A stretch of 64,000 bases of DNA from an uncultured Alphaproteobacteria bacterium. Its GTDB lineage: Bacteria; Pseudomonadota; Alphaproteobacteria; HIMB59; GCA-002718135. Shown in pieces: positions 30,693 to 40,040 of the stretch; within the stretch, counting starts at the first letter, position 1, and each line of letters begins with the position of its first letter. Location of the stretch: NCBI GenBank assembly GCA_902615745.1, contig CACMQB010000001.1, positions 26,349 to 90,348 of the forward strand, in the 5' to 3' direction. The notes under the pieces are model-generated. The model searched no databases. It was not told the origin of the DNA and was given only the letters and a program-made list of their open reading frames with translations. The translations under genes were made by a program, and so were the position numbers.

Positions 30693-32268
30693 TCATGAAT
30701 TAGTACAATCCTTAAAAGCTTGGCCTTTTAAAGAAGCATTACAAATCATTAAAAAAAATGGTGGTTTACAAAAATTTAAAATTCCATCTAAGGGATATGT
30801 ATTACTAGAAACCGGTTATGGCCCCTCAGGTTTACCACATATTGGAACTTTTGGTGAAGTTGTAAGAACATCAATGGTAAAAAATGCATTTAGCTCTATA
30901 ATTGATTGTCCAACAAAACTAATAACATTTTCTGATGATATGGACGGATTAAGAAAAGTTCCTGAAAATGTTCCAAATAAAGAAATGTTAGAAAAATTTA
31001 TAGGTAAGCCACTTACTTCGATACCAGATCCATTTGGTAAATTTGAAAGTTTTGGACATCATAATAATGCAAAACTTAGAAGTTTTTTAGATGAATTTAA
31101 TTTCGAATATGAATTTGTTAGTTCAACAGAAAAATATCAAAATGGAGATTTTAATGAAACAATATTAAGTATATTTGAAAACTATCCAAAAATATTAGAT
31201 ATTATTTTGCCTACTTTAAGGGCAGAGAGAAAAGAAACTTATAGTCCATTTCTCCCAATAAGTGAAAATTCAGGTCAAGTACTTCAGGTAAAAATTGAAG
31301 AATATAAAATGGATTCAAAAACAATTATTTACAAGGATCCATCTTTAGACAAGTTAGTTGAAACAGAAGTAATTAATGGAAAATGTAAGTTACAGTGGAA
31401 AGTTGATTGGGCAATGAGATGGATGTCATTTGATGTTGATTATGAAATGTGTGGTAAAGATCTTACAGAAAGTGTTGATTTAGGATCCAAGATTTGTAAA
31501 GCATTAAATAAAAAACCACCTACTAATCTAATTTATGAAATGTTTTTAGATGAAAAGGGTGAAAAAATTTCTAAGTCAGTTGGAAATGGTATTAGTGTAG
31601 ATGAGTGGCTGCGTTATGCTTCTCCTGAAAGCCTTGCACTTTATATGTTCCAAAAACCAAAATCAGCAAAGAAACTTCACTTTGATATAATTCCTAAAAC
31701 TGTAGATGATTATCTTTCTCATTATAACTCGTACTCTAAATTAGATAAAAATAAACAGTATGATAATCCAATTTGGCATATTCATTCAGGCAAACCCAAA
31801 GAATTTAAATCAGAAATAAATTTTAATACGTTAACTAACCTAGTTAACGTTTCTAATTCAAAAGATAAAAAAGTAATATGGTCTTTTATTAATAAATATG
31901 ATGATCAAATTAACGCTGATAACAATCCTGAATTTGATCGTCTAATAGACTTTGCACTAAATTACTATGAAGATTTTATTTTGCCTAAAAAGAAATTTTT
32001 AGAGATTGATAGTAGTAATAAAGTGGTATTTATTGATATTATTAATGTTTTAGAAAATGAGGTTACTGAAAACAGTTCATCTGAAGATATTCAAACATTA
32101 TTATACGAAGTAGGAAAGAAGTATGAATTTGAAAACTTAAAAGATTTTTTTAAACTAGTATATCAAGTTATGCTTGGTCAAGATCAAGGCCCGAGACTAG
32201 GATCATTTTTTAAATTGTTTGGTTTAAGAGAAACTATTGATTATCTAAAAAAATTAATAGATAATTAA
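30685..32268 (+). CDS. lysK: Lysyl-tRNA synthetase, class I
   Basis: 527 aa. HIGH-type motif (PSGLPHIGTFGE) and a KMSKS-type motif (KISKSVGNG). Its length and layout match class I LysRS, as found in many Alphaproteobacteria. Confidence 0.9.
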   Translation: MIDHELVQSLKAWPFKEALQIIKKNGGLQKFKIPSKGYVLLETGYGPSGLPHIGTFGEVVRTSMVKNAFSSIIDCPTKLITFSDDMDGLRKVPENVPNKEMLEKFIGKPLTSIPDPFGKFESFGHHNNAKLRSFLDEFNFEYEFVSSTEKYQNGDFNETILSIFENYPKILDIILPTLRAERKETYSPFLPISENSGQVLQVKIEEYKMDSKTIIYKDPSLDKLVETEVINGKCKLQWKVDWAMRWMSFDVDYEMCGKDLTESVDLGSKICKALNKKPPTNLIYEMFLDEKGEKISKSVGNGISVDEWLRYASPESLALYMFQKPKSAKKLHFDIIPKTVDDYLSHYNSYSKLDKNKQYDNPIWHIHSGKPKEFKSEINFNTLTNLVNVSNSKDKKVIWSFINKYDDQINADNNPEFDRLIDFALNYYEDFILPKKKFLEIDSSNKVVFIDIINVLENEVTENSSSEDIQTLLYEVGKKYEFENLKDFFKLVYQVMLGQDQGPRLGSFFKLFGLRETIDYLKKLIDN

Positions 32269-32272
32269 TTTA

Positions 32273-33328
32273 TTGTACAATAGTTCATTAAAAATATTAA
32301 GATTATTACCCCCCGAGTTATCTCATACTATTTCAATTAATTTTTTAAAATATTTTAAAGTAAGGCAAAAAAATATTGAGGATCCTATTCTTGCACAACA
32401 TCTAATGGGTTTAGATTTTACAAATCCTATAGGCCTCGCTGCAGGCTTTGATAAAAATGCTGAAGTGATGCATTCCATGTTTTCGTTTGGTTTTGGGTTT
32501 CTTGAAGTTGGTACAATTACTCCACAACCTCAAAGTGGCAATTCTAAACCTAGAGTATTTAGATTAAGTGAAGATAAAGCTATCATTAATAGTTTAGGTT
32601 TTAATAATAAGGGTATTAAAAAAGTAAAAAAAAATTTAATTAAACACAAAAAATCATACTTAAATAATAAAATTGTAGGAGTTAATATTGGAAAAAATAA
32701 AAATTCAAATGAAGCTATTGATGATTATCTAATTGGCTTAGAAGAGTTAGGCGATTTAGCAAGCTATATAACTATAAACATATCATCACCAAATACTGAA
32801 GGGTTGAGGGATTTACAATTGAGAGGAAATATAGAAAAATTAATAAAAAAAATTATAGACAAAAGAGATGAAATAAAAAATATTAATACCAAGCCAATAA
32901 TAATTAAAATTTCACCTGATTTAAATGAAGATCAACTTAGAGATATAGCATTAATTTCTTTGGCTAATAACATTGATGGTTTAATACTTACAAATAGTAC
33001 TATCAAAAGAGAGACCAATTTAATTTCAATGAATAAAGGAAAAAAAGGAGGTTTAAGTGGTAAACCATTATATGATAACTCAAATATTATTTTGAAAAAA
33101 ATGTATGAATTAACAAATGGTCAAATACCATTAATAGGTGTGGGTGGTATATCAAGCGGAAGGGACTGTTATGAAAAAATTAAATCCGGTGCTTCCTTAG
33201 TTCAGCTATATACTGCTTTGGTTTATTCAGGTCCAAATTTAATCAATAGAATGAAAAGTGATTTGATTGATCTTATTAAAACTGATGGATATAAAAATGT
33301 ATCTGAAGTTATTGGTAAATCAGTATAG
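32273..33328 (+). CDS. pyrD: Dihydroorotate dehydrogenase (quinone), class 2
   Basis: 351 aa with a TTG start. Motifs NPIGLAAGFDKN, GF.EVGT.TP, NISSPNT.GLR and GVGGI. Confidence 0.93.
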   Translation: MYNSSLKILRLLPPELSHTISINFLKYFKVRQKNIEDPILAQHLMGLDFTNPIGLAAGFDKNAEVMHSMFSFGFGFLEVGTITPQPQSGNSKPRVFRLSEDKAIINSLGFNNKGIKKVKKNLIKHKKSYLNNKIVGVNIGKNKNSNEAIDDYLIGLEELGDLASYITINISSPNTEGLRDLQLRGNIEKLIKKIIDKRDEIKNINTKPIIIKISPDLNEDQLRDIALISLANNIDGLILTNSTIKRETNLISMNKGKKGGLSGKPLYDNSNIILKKMYELTNGQIPLIGVGGISSGRDCYEKIKSGASLVQLYTALVYSGPNLINRMKSDLIDLIKTDGYKNVSEVIGKSV

Positions 33329-33330
33329 TA

Positions 33331-34167
33331 ATGAAAAAAATAAAATCAATTGAAGAAATTATTAATGATTATGATAATTTTATAATTGATCAATGGGGTG
33401 TAATGCATGATGGAACATTTGGATATGAGCATGCTGTTAATTCCATTAATATACTGAATAGTAATAATAAAAATTTGTTTATAATTTCAAATTCTTCAAA
33501 AAGATCAAAATCATCCATAGATAGATTGCCAAAACTTGGTTTTAAAAAAAATTCTTTTATAAATACAGTGACAAGTGGAGAAATGATTTGGCAATTACTT
33601 AAAAAAGAATTTTTAGATGATAAAAATAAAAAAAATTGTTTTCATATTTATAATGAAGAAAAAGAAGATGGTCTAAATTTTAGAGATGGTTTAAACTTTA
33701 ATTTTGTAGAAAAAGTAGAAGAAGCAGATTTAATTTTAGCTTGTACTCCTTTTGTAAAATTACAACCAATAGATTACATTCCATTACTAGAAGCAGCTTA
33801 CAATAAAGAAATAACAATGTATTGTGCAAACCCTGACTTTGAAACAGTTGAAAGTAATACTAACAACAATATTTTCTGTATGGGTGCTATTGGTGAAATA
33901 TACAAAAAAATGGGTGGAAATGTTATTATAAAAGGTAAGCCTGATGTAAGCATATACACTGCAACCACTAATCAAATTAATTTAGAAAAAAAAAGAACAG
34001 TAGCTATTGGAGACTCATTGTTTCATGACATTCAAGGTGCTAATAATTTTGAAGTAGATAGTGTTTTAGTAAAATCTGGTATTCATAAAGATTTAAATCA
34101 AATAAATAATTTAATTAAAAATCATCAAATAACACCGACTTATATTATAGATAAATTTAGTATTTAG
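33331..34167 (+). CDS. HAD-superfamily subfamily IIA hydrolase (TIGR01459-like)
   Basis: 278 aa. Has the nucleophile motif IIDQWGVMHDG (DxxG variant typical of this subfamily), SNSS, and the C-terminal GDSLFHDIQGA. Confidence 0.72.
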   Translation: MKKIKSIEEIINDYDNFIIDQWGVMHDGTFGYEHAVNSINILNSNNKNLFIISNSSKRSKSSIDRLPKLGFKKNSFINTVTSGEMIWQLLKKEFLDDKNKKNCFHIYNEEKEDGLNFRDGLNFNFVEKVEEADLILACTPFVKLQPIDYIPLLEAAYNKEITMYCANPDFETVESNTNNNIFCMGAIGEIYKKMGGNVIIKGKPDVSIYTATTNQINLEKKRTVAIGDSLFHDIQGANNFEVDSVLVKSGIHKDLNQINNLIKNHQITPTYIIDKFSI

Positions 34168-34210
34168 AATACTTGACAAAATAATATTTATATTTACATG
34201 CAAATTGATT

Positions 34211-34492
34211 ATGTCTATGAGATGTGAATTAACTGGAAAATCCTTTCAAACTGGTAACAATGTCAGTCACGCTAAAAATAGAACAAAAAGACGTTTTAAA
34301 CCAAACCTTCAGAACATTACTTTTGTTAGTGAAGTATTGGGACAAAAATTTCAACTTAAAGTTGCAGTTAGTACTATACGTACAGTAGAAAAAAAAGGTG
34401 GATTAGATGAATTCCTCATCAATACACCAAACTCTAAATTGCCCTTAAAGGCTAAAAAATTAAAAAAAACTATTCTATCAAAAGCTAATTAA
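34211..34492 (+). CDS. rpmB: 50S ribosomal protein L28
   Basis: MSMRCELTGK..QTGNNVSHAKNRTKRRFKPNLQ is canonical L28. I prefer ATG 34211 to the TTG at 34205 given in the track. Confidence 0.93.
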   Translation: MSMRCELTGKSFQTGNNVSHAKNRTKRRFKPNLQNITFVSEVLGQKFQLKVAVSTIRTVEKKGGLDEFLINTPNSKLPLKAKKLKKTILSKAN

Positions 34493-34501
34493 ATTTTTGT
34501 A

Positions 34502-35242
34502 ATGGGTTTTTTCTTTGAATTAACAACAATACTTAATTCAGTTAGTACTGAACTAATGTGGTTCATAATGCTACTTTTTTGTTTTTTTTCTATTCTTATT
34601 TTTTTAAGGATATTTGGATATATAGGAATTTTTATTTATTCTGCACTAGCTGTAATTGCAGGAAATATTCAAGTTTTAAAAACAGTAGATTTTTTTTATT
34701 CACCCGAACCGGTAGCTTTAGGAACCATACTTTTTGCCTCCACATTTTTATGTACTGATATTTTATCTGAATATTATGGCAAGGAAAAAGCTAGAATGAA
34801 TATTTTAATTGGTTTCAGCGCATTCTTATTTATGACTTTATTAATGGTAATTACTATTGGTTTTCAACCATCAGATATGGATTGGGTACAAGAGAGTTTA
34901 TCAAATGTATTTACTCCAATGACAAGATTTTTCATAGCAAGTATGATAGCATATTTAATAAGCCAATATTTTGATGTTTGGTTCTTTAACTATTTGAAAC
35001 AAGCTTTATTAGGCAAGTCTCTCTGGTTAAGAAATAATTTATCTACTATTACCTCCTCTTTGGTTGATAACACTGTATTTAGTGTATTTGCTTGGATCTT
35101 ATTAAATCCTGAACCAGTAAGTGTGTACAATGTCATAATGATTTATATTTTAGGCACTTATCTTCTTAGAATATTTATAGCTCTACTTGACACCCCTTTT
35201 ATTTATATAGCTAAGTTTTTTGTCCCAAAAACTAATGACTAA
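34502..35242 (+). CDS. yhhQ: Queuosine-precursor transporter, YhhQ/DUF165 (VUT) family
   Basis: 246 aa with about 6 TM helices. Has family motifs (F..TFL.TD.LSEYYGK, SQ..D...F, DN..F) and lies immediately upstream of, and overlapping, tgt. Confidence 0.82.
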   Translation: MGFFFELTTILNSVSTELMWFIMLLFCFFSILIFLRIFGYIGIFIYSALAVIAGNIQVLKTVDFFYSPEPVALGTILFASTFLCTDILSEYYGKEKARMNILIGFSAFLFMTLLMVITIGFQPSDMDWVQESLSNVFTPMTRFFIASMIAYLISQYFDVWFFNYLKQALLGKSLWLRNNLSTITSSLVDNTVFSVFAWILLNPEPVSVYNVIMIYILGTYLLRIFIALLDTPFIYIAKFFVPKTND

Positions 35243-36434
35243 CTTTTCTTGGAAAGTTAAAAAAACAATTAAAAATAATAAAGCAAGAACTGGAAAAATT
35301 TCTACACCACATGGTGATATTGAAACTCCAGCATTTATTTTTTGTGCAACAAAAGCAGCACTAAAATCTTTTAGTACACTTGAAGCAAAAAAAAATAATA
35401 CACAAATTATACTATCCAATACATACCATTTAATGCTTCAACCAGGTAGTGAACTAATAGCTCAACATGGAGGTCTTCATAAATTTACGGGTTGGGATGG
35501 ACCTATGTTAACAGATAGTGGTGGATTTCAAATTTTTTCTCTTGGACATGGTTCAGTTGCTGATGAAATAAAAGGGCGTAAAACAAACTCAAAAAATAAA
35601 AAAACTTTAATAAATTTGAATGAAGAGGGTGCATTATTCAAGTCCTATATAGATGGCTCTACTCATATTTTATCACCTGAAAAATCAATAGAGGTTCAAA
35701 GAAATCTTGGAGCAGATTTCATCTTAGTTTTTGATGAATGTACTCCCTATAATGTAGATAAAATATACACATCTGATTCTATGTTAAGAAGTCATAGATG
35801 GTCTTTAAGATCCATTAATGCATTTAACTCTAAACTTAACTATAATCCTAAAAATGGCTCAGCTGGTAGACAAGAAATGTATGGTATTATTCAAGGAGGG
35901 ATTTACAGAGATTTAAGAGAAGAAAGCATTGAATTTAATACAAAAAAAATCAACACTTTTGGAATTGCTATTGGTGGAAGTTTAGGATCAAATAAAGATG
36001 AAATGAAAGATATAGTTCATTTTACTTCTTCTAAATTAGATAATACTCGTCCAGTACATTTACTAGGTATAGGTGACCCAAGGGATATATGGGATTTTGT
36101 TGCAGATGGAATTGATACATTTGATTGTGTAAGCCCAACTAGAATTGCTAGACACGGATCAGCTTTAGTAAAAGGTAAACAGGGAAAAATAAACTTAAAA
36201 AATGTTAAATATAAAAATAATTTAAACCCAATAGATAATAAATGTAATTGCTATACTTGTAAGAACTTTACACTGGCATATTTATACCATCTTTTTTCTG
36301 CACAAGAATTACTAGGATTACAATTGCTTACTAATCATAATATATATTTTATGAATAATCTTATGAAAGAAGTTAGAAGCTCAATTGATAACAATGATTT
36401 TGATAATGCAAAAAAGAAATGGTTAAATTCTTAA
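35220..36434 (+). CDS. tgt: tRNA-guanine transglycosylase (queuine tRNA-ribosyltransferase)
   Basis: 404 aa. Motifs ARTG...[19 protein letters not shown] and FDCV.PTR, plus the zinc site CNCYTC...H. An alternative start is ATG 35235 (MTNFSW). Confidence 0.9.
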   Translation: MSQKLMTNFSWKVKKTIKNNKARTGKISTPHGDIETPAFIFCATKAALKSFSTLEAKKNNTQIILSNTYHLMLQPGSELIAQHGGLHKFTGWDGPMLTDSGGFQIFSLGHGSVADEIKGRKTNSKNKKTLINLNEEGALFKSYIDGSTHILSPEKSIEVQRNLGADFILVFDECTPYNVDKIYTSDSMLRSHRWSLRSINAFNSKLNYNPKNGSAGRQEMYGIIQGGIYRDLREESIEFNTKKINTFGIAIGGSLGSNKDEMKDIVHFTSSKLDNTRPVHLLGIGDPRDIWDFVADGIDTFDCVSPTRIARHGSALVKGKQGKINLKNVKYKNNLNPIDNKCNCYTCKNFTLAYLYHLFSAQELLGLQLLTNHNIYFMNNLMKEVRSSIDNNDFDNAKKKWLNS

Positions 36435-38212
36435 TTATCTAAATGAAATGTAGCAGATAATTGATTTAGTAATACTTCACCTAACTGATCGACATCCATT
36501 ATTGTTACAGCTTTACTATAGTATCTTGAAACATCATGCCCAATTCCTATAGCAATTAATTCAATTTCATCTTTTTTTTCAATTTCACCAATTATATCTC
36601 TCAAATTTTTTTCTAAATAATTACCTGGATTTACAGAAAGTGTTGAGTCATCAACTGGAGCACCATCACTTATAACAATAAGAATTTTTCTTTTTTCCTT
36701 TCGAAAAGATAATCTATTATAAGCCCATGATAGTGCTTCTCCATCGACATTTTCCTTCAAAATTCCCTCTTTTAATAATAAACCCAAATTTTTCTTTGAT
36801 CTCCTCCATGGTGAGTCAGCAGATTTATAGATAATATGTCTTAGATCATTTAACCTGCCTGGATTAGAAGGCTTTCCATTTTTGATCCATTTTTCTCTAG
36901 AATTACCTCCTTTCCAAGCTCTGGTTGTAAACCCTAATATTTCAGATTTAATTAAGCATCTTTCCAATGTTTTTGCTAAAATATCTGAACAAAGGGCAGC
37001 AACCGTAATTGGTCTACCTCTCATTGAACCAGAATTATCAATTAGAAGACTCACAATAGTATCTTTAAACTCAACTTCTTTTTCTATTTTGTAGCTTAAT
37101 TTATTATTTGGATTGGCAATAATTTTAGCTAATCTTGACGTATCAAGAAAACCCTCTTCCATGTTAAAATCCCAATGACGATTTTGCTGAGCTAAAAGTT
37201 TTCTTTGCAGTCTATTGGCAATTTTAACAATTAGTGGCTGAAAAGAAAATACTTGTTGATCAAGGTTTCTTCTTAGCTTCTCTAATTCTTTGATATCACA
37301 AAGTTCTTCAGCATTAATAATTTCATCAAAATTATAATCATAAACTTTATAATTCTCTAAATTCTCTAAAATTTTTCTATCTGGTAAATAATCTAATTCA
37401 GTATCCCCGCTTTCTTCTCCCATATCATCATTTTCTTCTAATGAAACTGACTGCTCAACAGTTGTTTCACTTGTTTGCATTTCAATATTTGATTCAGTTT
37501 GTTCATCATTTTTTTGTTCATCATTATTTTCATTTTCATTATCTTGATCTTCATCGTTTTGATTAATATCTTCGTTCTGAGTATTGTTTACACTGTTATT
37601 AAGTAATCCAAGTTCATCTAGTTTTTCAACTATGGTAGATGTATATATTTCTTGATCATGTAGACATTTCTTCAGATCAATAAAAAAGTTTGAATAATCT
37701 TTTTTTAATTTTTCTTTTACAATATTTTTAAAACTACTATTAATTTCACCTAAATCTACGCCAACAATTTCTTCAAATGCTACGTTTTTAAATGCTTTAA
37801 TTAATAAATTTTGATCTTTTTTAGTATTTCCAATTTTAAGATCTCTAATATACTTATTCTTTAGATTTTTTTGTATTCCCTTGAATTCACTACTACCGAT
37901 AGCTTCTACTCGTGCTTGTTCCAAAACATTAATTATTTCATTTGATAATTCATCTTGATTTAAAAAGTTTTGGTGTATGTCTCTTGAATGTAATCTGAAC
38001 TCTAACGCAAAAGAGTCTGCTTCAGCTCTTAAATATTCTATATTATTTTTGAAATTTTCAATTTTTGGTTCAGTTAGATTTATAGTGTTACCAATAATTG
38101 AAGGATTTTCTTTAACAAAATTAATCTCTATATCCTCTTTTTTTCCTATAGATTTTATTGTAGCACTTAATGATTTTTTAAAATCTTCAATAATTTCGCT
38201 ATTCTTTGACAT
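36431..38212 (-). CDS. cobT: CobT-like protein (vWA-domain partner of the CobS AAA+ ATPase)
   Basis: 593 aa. A central highly acidic low-complexity linker ([26 protein letters not shown]) and a C-terminal vWA domain with MIDAS DNSGSM. This architecture is typical of aerobic-pathway CobT. Confidence 0.85.
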   Translation of the reverse strand: MSKNSEIIEDFKKSLSATIKSIGKKEDIEINFVKENPSIIGNTINLTEPKIENFKNNIEYLRAEADSFALEFRLHSRDIHQNFLNQDELSNEIINVLEQARVEAIGSSEFKGIQKNLKNKYIRDLKIGNTKKDQNLLIKAFKNVAFEEIVGVDLGEINSSFKNIVKEKLKKDYSNFFIDLKKCLHDQEIYTSTIVEKLDELGLLNNSVNNTQNEDINQNDEDQDNENENNDEQKNDEQTESNIEMQTSETTVEQSVSLEENDDMGEESGDTELDYLPDRKILENLENYKVYDYNFDEIINAEELCDIKELEKLRRNLDQQVFSFQPLIVKIANRLQRKLLAQQNRHWDFNMEEGFLDTSRLAKIIANPNNKLSYKIEKEVEFKDTIVSLLIDNSGSMRGRPITVAALCSDILAKTLERCLIKSEILGFTTRAWKGGNSREKWIKNGKPSNPGRLNDLRHIIYKSADSPWRRSKKNLGLLLKEGILKENVDGEALSWAYNRLSFRKEKRKILIVISDGAPVDDSTLSVNPGNYLEKNLRDIIGEIEKKDEIELIAIGIGHDVSRYYSKAVTIMDVDQLGEVLLNQLSATFHLDN

Positions 38213-39182
38213 TAGCTACCTTAGCATCAGTAATATCAATTCCAAATGACCTTTGAAAATATTCCTGTAAGATAGACCTCTCCATTTCATCGCATCTATT
38301 TAAAAAAGATAGTTTAAAAGAATATTCTATATCATTGAATAGAAGATAATTTTCTGCCCAAGTCAATACAGTTCTTGGACTCATAACAGTTGAAATATCA
38401 CCATTAATGAATCCTGATCTAGAAAGATCTGCAGTAGCTACCATGCATTTAATGATGTCTTTGCCATCCTTATTATTAAGTTTTTTTACTTTACTTAAGA
38501 TAATATTGATTTCTTGCTCGTTACTAAGGTAATTTAAGGTTGATACAATATTCCATCTATCCATTTGACCTTGGTTTATTTGTTGAGTACCATGATACAA
38601 ACCAGATGTATCACCAAGACCAACAGTGTTTGCTGTAGCAAACAACCTAAAAAATTTGTGAGGTTTAATTACTCTTGATTGATCCAGTAGAGTTAATTTA
38701 CCTTCTGACTCCAAGATACGTTGAATTACAAACATTACATCAGGTCTGCCTGCATCATACTCATCAAAAACTAAAGCTACAGGATTTTTGTATGACCAAG
38801 GAAGTATGCCATCTTGAAACTCTGTCACCTGTTTATTATCTTTGAGTACGATAGCATCTTTCCCAATCAAATCTATCCTACTGATGTGACTATCTAAATT
38901 AATTCTAATACATGGCCAATTAAGTCTGGCTGCTACTTGTTCGATATGAGTAGATTTACCAGTGCCATGGTATCCTTGAATCAAAACTCTTCTATTAGAA
39001 GAAAACCCTGCAAGTATTGAAAGAGTTGTGGCTGGATCAAAAATATATGTTTGATCTATTTCTGGTACGTGTTCAGTTTTTTCTTTAAACTTATAAACCT
39101 CAAATTCACAGGAAACCCCAAATATTTCTTTAGGGTCAATTTTGATGCTTGGAGATATTTCTATATTTTTTTGATCAGTCAT
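38199..39182 (-). CDS. cobS: CobS-like AAA+ ATPase (MoxR/dynein-related clade)
   Basis: 327 aa. Walker [10 protein letters not shown] and Walker B LVFDEYD. Has the CobS-typical length and the conserved C-terminus ([11 protein letters not shown]). Confidence 0.88.
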   Translation of the reverse strand: MTDQKNIEISPSIKIDPKEIFGVSCEFEVYKFKEKTEHVPEIDQTYIFDPATTLSILAGFSSNRRVLIQGYHGTGKSTHIEQVAARLNWPCIRINLDSHISRIDLIGKDAIVLKDNKQVTEFQDGILPWSYKNPVALVFDEYDAGRPDVMFVIQRILESEGKLTLLDQSRVIKPHKFFRLFATANTVGLGDTSGLYHGTQQINQGQMDRWNIVSTLNYLSNEQEINIILSKVKKLNNKDGKDIIKCMVATADLSRSGFINGDISTVMSPRTVLTWAENYLLFNDIEYSFKLSFLNRCDEMERSILQEYFQRSFGIDITDAKVANVKE

Positions 39183-39762
39183 TTTTAAATTTTTTTAAAA
39201 GTATTTTATATGAGTTATTTATTTCCTTAAACTTCTCTTCTGCTTTTTTATCGTTACCATTTACATCAGGGTGAAATATTTTCACTAGTTTTTTGTAAGT
39301 TTTTTTAATTTTATCCAATGTCAATGGTAGATCTAGATTGAATAATGATAGAGCTTTACTTTCTTCTTTTGTAAGATTTTCATCAACCAGCTTATTTCTG
39401 AAGTAATTATTCTGTTGTTCGTTTGGATTTAAATCGTTCATTTCTTCGTTAAAAAAATTGTTAATTTGATCCATTACTTTGTGATAATTTCCCTTTAATG
39501 GCCAAGATGGCCTATTCCAAATAATATCTTCTCTCATCGAATTCTCAATTTCATTAACTGATAATCCTTTATAAAAGTCCCATGATTTATTGTATTCCTT
39601 AATATGCTCTATACAAAAATAATAATACTGATTTAATAATACTCTAGATTTTGGAGCTTTAAACTTCCCTTCATTATTACAATCATTCTTGTCACATTTT
39701 CTAAAAAAAGTTTTTTCCCAAGATAGACTATTTTTATTAATATCTATTTTATGTTTACCCAC
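39175..39762 (-). CDS. J-domain protein (C-terminal DnaJ domain, N-terminal Cys/His-containing region)
   Basis: 195 aa with a GTG start. The C-terminal J domain has an intact HPD (YKKLVKIFHPDVNG). The N-terminal region is C..DC....G.FKAPKSR....YYYFC.EH..EYN..W, as in the alphaproteobacterial J-proteins found upstream of cobS. Confidence 0.8.
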   Translation of the reverse strand: MGKHKIDINKNSLSWEKTFFRKCDKNDCNNEGKFKAPKSRVLLNQYYYFCIEHIKEYNKSWDFYKGLSVNEIENSMREDIIWNRPSWPLKGNYHKVMDQINNFFNEEMNDLNPNEQQNNYFRNKLVDENLTKEESKALSLFNLDLPLTLDKIKKTYKKLVKIFHPDVNGNDKKAEEKFKEINNSYKILLKKFKND

Positions 39763-39785
39763 AGTTATTATATAGTTTAAAAATT

Positions 39786-40040
39786 ATGAATCGTAAGCAA
39801 AGAATTAATAAAATCTTATCAAAAAAATTTAATAATTTTTTATTAGAAATTATTGACAATTCAAATTTACATAAAGGACATAACAATTTTACAGGTAATA
39901 ATGAGACACATATTAAAATTATTTTAACAAAAAAGAATAAAATACCCATAAATAGATTGAATATACACAGAATTATAAATAATCTACTTGAAGAGGAGTT
40001 TAAATGCGGACTTCATTCATTAGAGATAAAAATTAACTAA
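39786..40040 (+). CDS. bolA: BolA family protein
   Basis: 84 aa. The segments D.S..H.GH....G..THI.I and the C-terminal LHSL match the BolA fold signature. It is divergent from the J-domain gene across 23 bp. Confidence 0.78.
   Translation: MNRKQRINKILSKKFNNFLLEIIDNSNLHKGHNNFTGNNETHIKIILTKKNKIPINRLNIHRIINNLLEEEFKCGLHSLEIKIN

Noticed and set aside
36431-39182. cobS/cobT taken at face value as evidence for cobalamin biosynthesis.
   Set aside because: No cobN or any other corrin-pathway gene is nearby, and the pair is linked to a J-protein and bolA instead. The annotation names are retained for family membership only.
39755-39949. A 64-aa minus-strand ORF opposite bolA, extending the J-domain gene region.
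   Set aside because: It is antisense to a BolA-family ORF with recognisable motifs. The hydrophobic, low-complexity translation has no support.
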